Below the pieces are notes generated by a model, which did no database searches, was not told the origin of the DNA, and saw only the letters and a program-made list of their open reading frames with translations. A stretch of 64,000 nucleotides of DNA from NCBI GenBank assembly GCA_036170915.1, contig JAVHQC010000035.1:32001-96000 (forward strand), in the 5' to 3' direction. The stretch is from Cyanobacteria bacterium auto_48_18. GTDB lineage: Bacteria; Cyanobacteriota; Vampirovibrionia; Obscuribacterales; Obscuribacteraceae. The position numbers and the translations under genes are program-made. Positions 1-8,886 of this stretch are shown here, in pieces (positions within the stretch are counted from its first letter, which is position 1; the number at the start of each line of letters is the position of its first letter).

Positions 1-279
1 GCCGCTAGTGTAGCCACTGGTCTGGCTGTAGGAATTCCTGTAGCAATTATGCGCCGCTCAGGCAAGAACTGTGTGGAATACAACGAAAGTATGGCCGACA
101 GCATTGGCGGTCACAAAAGCCTTCCACCAAAGTTCATGGCTGGAGTCTTAAGCGTACCCGCCGGTATAATCGTCGGCACGGGTGAAGGCCTCTATTATGG
201 CGGCAAAAACGCTTTCAGTAAGAGTGCAGAACACCCATTCAGCCTGGCAACTTTGAGCCTGGATGAAGAGATTGAGTAA
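1..279 (+). CDS. hypothetical protein, 5'-truncated at window edge
   Basis: Frame 1 is open from base 1 (AASVATGLAVGIPVAIMRRSGK...) to TAA at 279; Gly-rich hydrophobic segments; followed by a terminator. Confidence 0.7.
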   Translation, partial: AASVATGLAVGIPVAIMRRSGKNCVEYNESMADSIGGHKSLPPKFMAGVLSVPAGIIVGTGEGLYYGGKNAFSKSAEHPFSLATLSLDEEIE

Positions 280-304
280 AATCTCGAGACAGTAAACACT
301 TATT

Positions 305-340
305 AAAAGAAGAGACTGACCATATGTCTCTTCTTTTTTT
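305..340 (+). terminator. intrinsic terminator, possibly bidirectional
   Basis: AAAAGAAGAGAC-9 nt-GTCTCTTCTTTT stem running into a T tract. Confidence 0.85.
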
Positions 341-502
341 ATCGGCCGTTTTTGCACGCTGCGCTTGACATGTAGAGCTTAGTAATCAGTCTAATCTCTA
401 GGTTTGGCCAATGAATTGTGGGTATATGAATCTGGGAGTTAGTCCGAGTACAGCGATTAATGAATCGCTGGTGAGAGGTCGGCAAAAACTTGGCCAGGAA
501 AG

Positions 503-3500
503 GTGAGGATGATGAAAAGTATCGATAGGGAGAGAGTTCTGAGGCTAAATTGCCCCGGTTTTGGTGATGAATCTCACCTCAACCTTGGCAGGGCTAAATC
601 GCTCGACAACTATCAAGTCATTATTGCGAATCCTGTCAGCTTGCTTCATTTATTTGATAAGGGACCAGAACCAACTCGCCGCATTAACCAATTGCTTTCA
701 GAAGGCGTTAATCAGCTCAATGTTCCTGACGACGCATTGATTCAAGAACTAATCAATGAGTCAGATTCACGCTTGGAGGAGTTGATACCATTTCTCTCCC
801 AAGGCGGTTTACTAGTTTATTTTCTCTGCAGACCATTTGTTCTAGCTGGTCCGACCATTTCTGTAGACAATTACGATTGGCTATCAGTTTATGCACCAGC
901 AGTAAAAAGCCCACCAGATAACGGCAGTCGCCAGATGAGTGCTCTGAGCCACGGTAGAGTTGTTGAAACCACCGAAGAGGGTCGCACCTCAGAAATGGCT
1001 GAGTATCTCGACCAGAGCAGCATTGAATGGAACACCATTATCCGCACTGATTTTCTCTCTTCAAATTATTCCGTACTAGCTACCGCTGCGCAAAAGAAAT
1101 GTATCGCCGCTCAATTTTGGGCCGGTGACAATGGTGGCAAAGTTATTTTTCTACCAGCACCATACTCGCCTGATTTCGATCGGGTGCTGATGAATTGTGT
1201 GAACAAATGGTATCAAGACGCAATTATTAAAGGATTTATCAAAGATGACTCGGTGCCTTTCGTGCCGGCAGTCGAACCGGAATCTCAATCTGACAGTCCC
1301 CCTCTCGCTGATAAGGTTCCAACTCAGACTATGGATGAAGCTCGTTTAGAAGAAATCATGGCCAGCCTTGCCTCGCATCATGCCAGCTCGACTGCTGCCG
1401 CCGAAGCAAAGGCAAAAGCACCGGCAGAAAATTCGGAAGAGGCTCAATCAGTGCCGATGCCACCAAAACAGCCACCAAAAGGTGCTCTAAAAGGACTGTT
1501 TTCATCAGACGCCCTAGATCCGTTTGATGACGATGACGAATTTATACCTGCACCGGTTCCTGCACCTGTTTCTGTTGCTGCACCTGCATCAAGCGAGTCG
1601 CCCACCAGAGTGACCGCTGAAGAAATTTTGTCTTCAGTCTCCGCCGAGGCGAACAAAAATCCAGATGCCTTCCAGGAAATGGAGCCTATTCCTCTATATG
1701 ATCCGTCTGGCGAAAGTCAGCCTCAATCAGCTCCAGAGGTTGCATTGGTCAATAATTTCGAATTAAAAAAAGCAACCGCCGCCATGGATCTTTCGCAGTT
1801 TGCTGAGACAGCAAGACAATTAGTGCAGCAAGCAAATGAAATTGAAACCGCCACTCGCGATCCTAATGTCGTAACGACAAGTAATCCCAAGCCAAAAATT
1901 GCAGACATTCTCAAAGGGCTTGAATTTGGCGGCGACAAAGATGACGAACTCGAGCCGACCGCGCCTGAAGTTACCGATGTCGTCTCTACTCCGGTCCAGG
2001 CAGAAGCACCGCCCCCTGTGCCAGAGTATCGCTCTGAACCATCACCTTTTGCATCTGAAGCAGCACGTTTGATGGAGTCGTTGCACTCTGGCAGCGGACT
2101 GAATGAAGGTCTCAATATTGCTGGTTCAGCTCCATCTGCTCCAGCTGCGGCACCGCACCATCAGCCCACCATGGCAGAAATCGAAAGAGCCGAAATTGAA
2201 GCAGCATCAAAAAATCTAGAATCAGTGTTGCGACCAGAAATGGATGCGCCACGCAACTTCTTAGAAACCGGCCGCTATCAGCTCACCGATGAGCCTGTCA
2301 CCAGTATTTCTAAAGAAGAAGTTTCAGTTAGCTCGGAACCGGTGAGTGCACCAGCCGAGCCCGAGATGCCATCCATTTCGGAAAAAGAATTGATTCGTCT
2401 CACCGCCGAGCGCGAAGCAAGAGAAATCGAAGAATTTCGTAAGAGCTTCGAGTTTCTCAAAGAAGAAGATGAGGCCGCTGGAAGTTACCAACCGGAAACC
2501 TTACAGCCTTCCGACAATCCTATTTTTGCCGGCTCAGAAAACTCTGTTTTAGAACCTGCAGCAGCGCCTCAGCAGGCCTTTGCCAATACTTCGAGTAGTG
2601 AATTGCCGGCAGCTAATTCTAATCAGGATCAGCCTCCACCACCTCCAGCGCTCCCTGAACCTGAAATTTATCAAGGCAAAGCACCATTGCCGCCACCAGT
2701 AGAAGAAACGCAAGAACGTTCCAGCTTGCGCTCATTACTGCACACTCTCGGCGCATCGCGACTCGAGCCTCAAGCTTCAGCTAAAAAAGAAGAACCGGCT
2801 CTAGAAACTCATGACTCACTTTCTGCAGTTCCCTCTGCAGCAAGCCACCAGACAGAGAGTCTTGCTGGTAACTCTGCGGCTCCATCTTCAGAGCAGCCCA
2901 TAGAGCAAGTAGCTGAAAAATCAGATCTATCACTGGACCAGCCAGTAGACAGATCTTTAGACAAACCATTAGACAAAATAGCAGACAAGCAAATTGAAAC
3001 AATAGCAGAGGAGCAAGTTGTGAATTCATCCTTTACACCGGTGACCGAAGAGCCAGAAAATAGGACTTCAGAGCGCACCGAGACGCCTACCTATGCCGCA
3101 GCCGAACAACCTGCTCAGACATCAGCACACACTGCAGCCTCAGCCGCAGAAATTTTCCCCGGCCTGCCTCCAGAGCAGAAAATGCCGGCGATGCCGATGC
3201 CAGTTCAAACTGCACCAGATTTATCGACGGCTGTGCCACCACAACCAGTGCCAGCGACACCATTGGCCGCACCGGCAGCAGAGATGCAGCAGTATCAACA
3301 GTTTCAGAACCCCAACCAGCCACCAGCGTCTCAACCGCCAGCAGTTGCACCACCCGCAGCACCATCATTTATGTCGATGCCGGAGACGCCACAACCAAGA
3401 ATGGAACAGCCTCAAGCCCCCCAACCTGATTTAATTAAACAACCAATTCAGCAACCAATTCAACAACCGATGCAAGAGTTCGCACAACACTCTATGCCAG

Positions 3501-4312
3501 AACCAGTCCAACAGCAGATGAGCCAACCTGTTCACGCACACGGCACCAATGGCGATGGCAATGCTCGAGGCATGGATCTCTCGACATTACAGAGTAACGA
3601 CCAGTCAGCACCTCAACCGAAGGAATTGATAAAGAAGATGGAAGAAATGACAAAAACCGCCCCTTCTACATGGTGCGATGAATTTTCCTTCCCATTTATT
3701 GACCTGCTCAAAAATGAACATCAACAGATGGCCGAACAGATTCGCCAGATGCAAACCCGACTTAATTCGGTGGAAGCACGCATCCAAGCTGTAGACACGC
3801 TTAAGGTGATCTTATTGACAGGCGAAGGTGACGCTTTACTTGGTGGTACTCAGGAAGTTTTGACCCGCCTGGGCTGGCAAGTACAACAGTCAAAGAGCAA
3901 CGCCAACGAACTCTGGCTATCACGAGGTGATCAAGTAGAAGCAATTGCGCGAATCGTACATAGCTCGTTAGCTGCTAATCGTACTGAAGTTGCTCAACTG
4001 GCCGAATCGGTTATTGCTTTCTGGGACGAGCACGAAATTGAGCCGAAGGGCATTTTGATTGCTCAAACATGGTCTTCCAAGCATCCATCAGAAAGATCTG
4101 AGCCCGATTTCAGCCCTGCTTTACAAGAATTTGCCGGCAAAAAACATTTGAGCCTGATGTCAACCATGCAATTACTTTCAATGTATAAAGACATTGAATT
4201 GAACACCATGCCGGTTGACGAGATGCGCAAGCGTATGATTGATACCAGCGGCAGACTGCTTGGCTTCCCACTTGATAGCAACGTTGCTCAAGCGGCTACA
4301 GGGGCCAGATAG
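503..4312 (+). CDS. large protein: globular N-terminal domain, long Pro/Glu/Gln/Ala-rich disordered region, coiled coil, C-terminal restriction-endonuclease-like domain with degenerate active site
   Basis: 1269-aa ORF; C-terminal LLTGEGDAL..LTRLGW..AQLAE..EPKGILI..PDFS..LMSTMQLL pattern recalls PD-(D/E)XK/Mrr-like domains. Confidence 0.75.
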   Translation: MRMMKSIDRERVLRLNCPGFGDESHLNLGRAKSLDNYQVIIANPVSLLHLFDKGPEPTRRINQLLSEGVNQLNVPDDALIQELINESDSRLEELIPFLSQGGLLVYFLCRPFVLAGPTISVDNYDWLSVYAPAVKSPPDNGSRQMSALSHGRVVETTEEGRTSEMAEYLDQSSIEWNTIIRTDFLSSNYSVLATAAQKKCIAAQFWAGDNGGKVIFLPAPYSPDFDRVLMNCVNKWYQDAIIKGFIKDDSVPFVPAVEPESQSDSPPLADKVPTQTMDEARLEEIMASLASHHASSTAAAEAKAKAPAENSEEAQSVPMPPKQPPKGALKGLFSSDALDPFDDDDEFIPAPVPAPVSVAAPASSESPTRVTAEEILSSVSAEANKNPDAFQEMEPIPLYDPSGESQPQSAPEVALVNNFELKKATAAMDLSQFAETARQLVQQANEIETATRDPNVVTTSNPKPKIADILKGLEFGGDKDDELEPTAPEVTDVVSTPVQAEAPPPVPEYRSEPSPFASEAARLMESLHSGSGLNEGLNIAGSAPSAPAAAPHHQPTMAEIERAEIEAASKNLESVLRPEMDAPRNFLETGRYQLTDEPVTSISKEEVSVSSEPVSAPAEPEMPSISEKELIRLTAEREAREIEEFRKSFEFLKEEDEAAGSYQPETLQPSDNPIFAGSENSVLEPAAAPQQAFANTSSSELPAANSNQDQPPPPPALPEPEIYQGKAPLPPPVEETQERSSLRSLLHTLGASRLEPQASAKKEEPALETHDSLSAVPSAASHQTESLAGNSAAPSSEQPIEQVAEKSDLSLDQPVDRSLDKPLDKIADKQIETIAEEQVVNSSFTPVTEEPENRTSERTETPTYAAAEQPAQTSAHTAASAAEIFPGLPPEQKMPAMPMPVQTAPDLSTAVPPQPVPATPLAAPAAEMQQYQQFQNPNQPPASQPPAVAPPAAPSFMSMPETPQPRMEQPQAPQPDLIKQPIQQPIQQPMQEFAQHSMPEPVQQQMSQPVHAHGTNGDGNARGMDLSTLQSNDQSAPQPKELIKKMEEMTKTAPSTWCDEFSFPFIDLLKNEHQQMAEQIRQMQTRLNSVEARIQAVDTLKVILLTGEGDALLGGTQEVLTRLGWQVQQSKSNANELWLSRGDQVEAIARIVHSSLAANRTEVAQLAESVIAFWDEHEIEPKGILIAQTWSSKHPSERSEPDFSPALQEFAGKKHLSLMSTMQLLSMYKDIELNTMPVDEMRKRMIDTSGRLLGFPLDSNVAQAATGAR

Positions 4313-4379
4313 GGTCGGTCACTTAAGGTAGTACACTAGTACTCAATTATTTGGTTACAGCGAAAGGGGCGACTTAATT

Positions 4380-5630
4380 GTGAGCATTCCAACCCTGCTA
4401 GTCTGCGATGGTGATGAGCCCACGCAGCAGTTATTGGAAGGACTAATTAAAAACGAGCCGGGATTGCGCTACATTGCCACAGTCTCAAAAAGAGACGGCA
4501 GTCGTGCAGTTGAACAGGCCATAAAAGTAGGCACTAAATTGCTCTGGATCGATCTCGATGATGAGCCTGTAGAGGGCCTGAATTTACTGGCGGAGACTCG
4601 TCAACTCTTCCCTCAGTTGCCTGTTATTGTCAGCAAGAGTGTCTTAGACGCCGACATGGTGCGAGCTTCAGTCAATCTTGGCGCTCTAGACTTTTTAGAT
4701 CCGCAGAGTTGGGTCAATCAAATCAAGATTGTGGTGGCAAAACTGCAAGCATCTTCGGCTGCACCAGCCGCGGTGGCAGCTGCTGCTCCTCAACCAGCTC
4801 CGGCTCCTGCTCCTCAACCAGCTCCAGCTCCTGCTCCTCAACCAATTCCTGCACCTGCTCCGACTCCTCAGTCTGCTGCAGCTCCGACTCCTGCCGAGGG
4901 CGGCAACCGCTGGGGCGACCTGGATAAGATTCCAGCTCCTAAAGTGGGTGGCGCGGCAAGTGCACCCGCGGCAAAAGCACAAGAAGCTACGGGCGAAATT
5001 CACCTCGCTGCAGAAGCTGGCTTCCGGCCACCTGCAACCCCTCAAGTGCAGGTACAAGCAGCCGCGCAACAACCGGCAGCACCCGCTGCGGCACCATCTA
5101 ATGGTAACAAGTGGGGTGACCTGGACGCCATTGGTACTCCGTCAGCTGCTGCGGCCCCTTCTGCACCTGCAGCTCCAGCACCGGCTCCTGCGCCGGCAGC
5201 TCCTGCACCGGCTCCTGCACCGGCAGCTCCAGAACCGACACCAGCTCCTGCTGCAGCTCCTGCTCCTGCTCCTGCACCAACACCAGCTCCGACGCCAGCC
5301 GCTGAAGCCACCGAGCCTGCTAAAAAATGGGGCGACCTCGATGCCATTCCTACACCAAAAGTAGAAGTCGAGCCAGTAGCGATTTCAAAACCCATCCACG
5401 CAGCCGGTGATAACAAATGGGGCGAACTTGATGCTATTCCAAGCCCTCAAGACAAACCGCGTCCAGCTCCTCCAACACTGCTACCTGCACCCAGTGGTGG
5501 CAAAGGCCTGAAAAGACCGGCACCGGAAAAAGCAGAGATGTACAACATTCCTGCAGTGCCAATCTGGATGATCATTTTGATTTTGCTTGTAATCGCCGGC
5601 TGCGCATATTACGTCTTGCGGCCACATTAG
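4380..5630 (+). CDS. atypical receiver-domain protein with Pro/Ala-rich linker and C-terminal membrane anchor
   Basis: N-terminal REC pattern (LLVCDGD, LWIDLD, GALDFLDP); PA repeats; hydrophobic IWMIILILLVIAGCAYYVL at the C-terminus. Confidence 0.8.
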   Translation: MSIPTLLVCDGDEPTQQLLEGLIKNEPGLRYIATVSKRDGSRAVEQAIKVGTKLLWIDLDDEPVEGLNLLAETRQLFPQLPVIVSKSVLDADMVRASVNLGALDFLDPQSWVNQIKIVVAKLQASSAAPAAVAAAAPQPAPAPAPQPAPAPAPQPIPAPAPTPQSAAAPTPAEGGNRWGDLDKIPAPKVGGAASAPAAKAQEATGEIHLAAEAGFRPPATPQVQVQAAAQQPAAPAAAPSNGNKWGDLDAIGTPSAAAAPSAPAAPAPAPAPAAPAPAPAPAAPEPTPAPAAAPAPAPAPTPAPTPAAEATEPAKKWGDLDAIPTPKVEVEPVAISKPIHAAGDNKWGELDAIPSPQDKPRPAPPTLLPAPSGGKGLKRPAPEKAEMYNIPAVPIWMIILILLVIAGCAYYVLRPH

Positions 5631-5637
5631 TGATTAG

Positions 5638-5961
5638 CTAATCTGCAAGCTGGTCGATTTTCGCTGCCAAAATAAAATCAGATTCGGTTAAACCATTGAT
5701 TTTGTGCGTCCAGATTTCAACTTTGAGTTTGCCCCATGAAATATGCAGATCAGGATGATGATCAATACGATCCGCCAATTCACCGGCTTTAGTGGCCAGA
5801 TTCATAGCACCGCGAAAATCTTTGAATTCGTAGGTTCTGGTTAATTTGCCGTCGGTAATGGTCCAGGCTTTTAGTTCAGCCAAATAGGGCTGCCACTCCT
5901 CCTCGGATAGCGGCGGTACACCACCTCGACAGGGGATACACTCTTTTTCAGCAAGATTCAT
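5638..5961 (-). CDS. phhB: pterin-4-alpha-carbinolamine dehydratase
   Basis: CIPC N-terminus, DHHPDL, WTHKINGLTESDFILAAKID motifs. Confidence 0.95.
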   Translation of the reverse strand: MNLAEKECIPCRGGVPPLSEEEWQPYLAELKAWTITDGKLTRTYEFKDFRGAMNLATKAGELADRIDHHPDLHISWGKLKVEIWTHKINGLTESDFILAAKIDQLAD

Positions 5962-5978
5962 TGGTGTCCCTCTTGAGC

Positions 5979-7385
5979 TTAAAATTCAGGGCTTTCTTTA
6001 GACAAATCGCCGATGGTCATTTTCAACGGAACAGTGCGTGTACCGCGCTGCACAACGAAGTCTACTTGATCTCCAGGTTTCTTATTCTGGGTCTGTTGAC
6101 GCACTTCCATGCGCGAACGCACAGTCACACCGTTGATTTTGATAATCAAGTCTCCTGAAGCCATCCCAGCCTTTTCAGCAGGCCCGCCTGAAGCTAAGCG
6201 TACAATTTTAACTGCCACCGGATGTGATGGCAGTGTCAGCGATCTGGTGCGATTAGGATCCACATCTTCCATGTACACCCCAAGAAAAGGTCTAGGTATT
6301 TGCCCGCTTGCAATCAGCCTGCTGGCTACGTCAGCAGCCACGTTGGAAGGTGTAGCGAAGCCAATGCACAGAGCTTGACTGCGCACGGCAGTGTTAATGC
6401 CGATTACTTCACCATTTAAATTCAGTAAAGGGCCGCCGGAGTTGCCCAAATTTAGAGCTGCATCGTGCTGAATCAGGTCAACTCGATTTTTAAAATCAGC
6501 CAATGATCGGTTGATGGCGCTGACTACACCCAGTGTCAAAGTATGATCAAAGCCAAGCGGTGATCCAATTGCAATGGCCCAATCGCCAGGTTGCACATTT
6601 TTTGAATTGGCGAACTTTAGCACCGGCAATTTGTCAGCATCGATTTTTATTACTGCCAGATCTGAGAAATCATCACGCCCGATCAAGCGAGCAGGAAAGC
6701 TGCGTTTATCATCAAGAGTGACAGTGACGTCAGAGTAACGGTGTATAACATGCGAATTAGTAAGAATATAACCGTCAGATCTAACGATTAACCCTGATGC
6801 CTCCGCGGGCGGTATCATACTCGGCCCCGGTTTAGCCGCATTAGTACGAGCACCATTAAACTTGATGTCAATAGTGACCACAGAAGGATTCGCTTTCGCG
6901 GCGATATCAGCAATCAAATTAACCGGAGTCTTGTCTGACCGGGTTTCAGCAAAGAGATTCGCCATGCTGGGCTTTAAGCTTGTAGTTACTGGTTCGCGTG
7001 GAATTAGGTAATAACCGGCCCAACATCCAAAGGCAAAAAGATTGACTCCGGTTAATGCCATCAGCAAAAAAGTAGTCTTTTTGCTGAACTTAAACGCAGC
7101 CGCTTCACCAGCCCCGCCATTAGATGGCACTTCACCTTCAGCTGCGGCCCCACCAGCCGTGGAGCCAGGGGCGTCTGGGCGCATCTGGGGCGGCAAGTAA
7201 GGTTGCCAGGTTGTGGCCGGGCGATCTTCCAGTAACGACTCGCGGGAGACGGCCGGGGCCGGGTTCGCCTTACTATCTAGACGAGATTGGCCTGTCGAAG
7301 CCTTATCGGCACTTTCGGTGGGCGACTCATCGTCGGAAAAGTCGGAAGATATGTAAATTGGAACGTGGTCTGGGATTTCGGGCAT
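5979..7385 (-). CDS. HtrA/DegP-family serine protease (TM, trypsin, PDZ)
   Basis: ILTNSHV, DLAVIKI, GNSGGPL triad motifs; TM segment; C-terminal PDZ (PFLGV..GPAEKAGM). Confidence 0.93.
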   Translation of the reverse strand: MPEIPDHVPIYISSDFSDDESPTESADKASTGQSRLDSKANPAPAVSRESLLEDRPATTWQPYLPPQMRPDAPGSTAGGAAAEGEVPSNGGAGEAAAFKFSKKTTFLLMALTGVNLFAFGCWAGYYLIPREPVTTSLKPSMANLFAETRSDKTPVNLIADIAAKANPSVVTIDIKFNGARTNAAKPGPSMIPPAEASGLIVRSDGYILTNSHVIHRYSDVTVTLDDKRSFPARLIGRDDFSDLAVIKIDADKLPVLKFANSKNVQPGDWAIAIGSPLGFDHTLTLGVVSAINRSLADFKNRVDLIQHDAALNLGNSGGPLLNLNGEVIGINTAVRSQALCIGFATPSNVAADVASRLIASGQIPRPFLGVYMEDVDPNRTRSLTLPSHPVAVKIVRLASGGPAEKAGMASGDLIIKINGVTVRSRMEVRQQTQNKKPGDQVDFVVQRGTRTVPLKMTIGDLSKESPEF

Positions 7386-7444
7386 CCACTAATGATACCA
7401 GCTCCCAAATGTTCAGGTAACGGCACTGTTCTTTTATTAGCCTC

Positions 7445-8725
7445 CTACCAGCTTAAATCGGAGAGCCGCGCGCACCGCATTCGATCCAAAAAGAAAATTT
7501 CAAGCATCGCCTTTGTATTGGCACCATATCTGGCACTAGTAAACTTGCTGTCAACTTGTCTAATGATGCCTGTCAGCCAAAGTAAAATTTGCTCATCGTC
7601 AATATGGCAACTGGCACCATTAACGGGTTTGCACAAAAGAATTCTAGCTTTAATCGAAAGACGCATCAGTGTGACAAGCAAAATTAAGTGACCGATGCCG
7701 GCCAGTAAAGAAAGATTTGAGAAGCCCGGGCCAAAATACATTTTTGAAAAGACTCGCACATATACAAAACGGGCAAGAAGGTCTTCACAGGCTGAAGGTA
7801 GTGGGCCGGAAGCAGTATTCAGCAATTGCCCTATACCAAACTCAGCACCGGCGAATGGCAACATTAAACTGCCAACAGGAGCTACCAGAAATGCAGAAAC
7901 AGTCTCAGCAATAAGTCGGTCATCAAGCAATTTGTGACTGCGTGATTCATCTGTGTAAGCAGAAGCAAAGCTCGCCAATAGTATTTGATCAATTTGCTTC
8001 GGACGTGCAGCACTGCCAGGCAAATTTTCACGCCACATAGAAGCAGGACACAGGTCAGCAACTTGCTTGAAAAATCTGGCTAGAATAGCAGTGGCTGTGT
8101 CATCCTTGCGGGTAATTGCGCCACCCATATCGGTAATGGAACGCTGCAAATCTGCTAACAATGAAGACTCTAGTTCGCTAAATCGTTCATAACTTAAAGG
8201 CAAACCTTCGGCAATTTTAATTGACTGCCAACCGGCTAGTGTCTCACTTTCAAGCTGGGGGAAAAGAGAACGAAAAAGCTGCAATGTGGAAGCAAGCTCA
8301 TTATCTTGATCGCTGAGCAACCGCCCGCTGTTGCTAATCACTCCGCTGCTGGCAAAGCAAAGCCCGACAAATGTCCCCTCCGGAGTATCCATAAAGGTAT
8401 AGGGAAAAAGCTGACACATGGCCGGTTTAGCAGTATTGTGCAATGAGCATCCGGAATCATCCAGATATGAACACTTGCCGTCAGCTCGTTTCTCTAAAGC
8501 CCTGGTAAAGCCAACCAGACCACCCTGTTTTTCAGCTACCGACAAAAAACTGAGCGGTAATTCTGCTTCAGAAACAGACAACGCGCCGACCAGTCGCTTG
8601 ACGTCGGTTTCATTCAATGGCACCGGCCATGACAGGCAACAGTTGGCGCATCGAGTGCACTCGAATCGAATGCCTCGGGGAATGTGCAAAGAAGAAGTAA
8701 GCAAATGCATAACTGTATTAAACAA
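7445..8725 (-). CDS. YkgJ-family cysteine-cluster protein with FliB-like extended C-terminus
   Basis: FECTRCANCC, CSYL..CSLH..KPAMCQLFP. Confidence 0.8.
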   Translation of the reverse strand: MFNTVMHLLTSSLHIPRGIRFECTRCANCCLSWPVPLNETDVKRLVGALSVSEAELPLSFLSVAEKQGGLVGFTRALEKRADGKCSYLDDSGCSLHNTAKPAMCQLFPYTFMDTPEGTFVGLCFASSGVISNSGRLLSDQDNELASTLQLFRSLFPQLESETLAGWQSIKIAEGLPLSYERFSELESSLLADLQRSITDMGGAITRKDDTATAILARFFKQVADLCPASMWRENLPGSAARPKQIDQILLASFASAYTDESRSHKLLDDRLIAETVSAFLVAPVGSLMLPFAGAEFGIGQLLNTASGPLPSACEDLLARFVYVRVFSKMYFGPGFSNLSLLAGIGHLILLVTLMRLSIKARILLCKPVNGASCHIDDEQILLWLTGIIRQVDSKFTSARYGANTKAMLEIFFLDRMRCARLSDLSW

Positions 8726-8886
8726 TAATCATTGCGAATTTTGCGCGAATTTGGCTCTAATTTGGCGGCATTAGCAGTCATATGATAATCCGCTCATGCG
8801 CACATAGGCCCTGACTCATCAACATAGAGAGATATAAGCGGTAAATTACAGACGACAATGGTTTCCCCTCAACAGAATATTGACAC

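Noticed and set aside
365..395. Sigma70 promoter (TTGACA at 365)
   Set aside because: No good -10 hexamer at 16-18 nt spacing
1444..5416. Many short alternative-frame and antisense ORFs in the track
   Set aside because: They are shadows of low-complexity Pro/Ala-rich genes with no recognisable motifs; the same applies to most nested ORFs across the window
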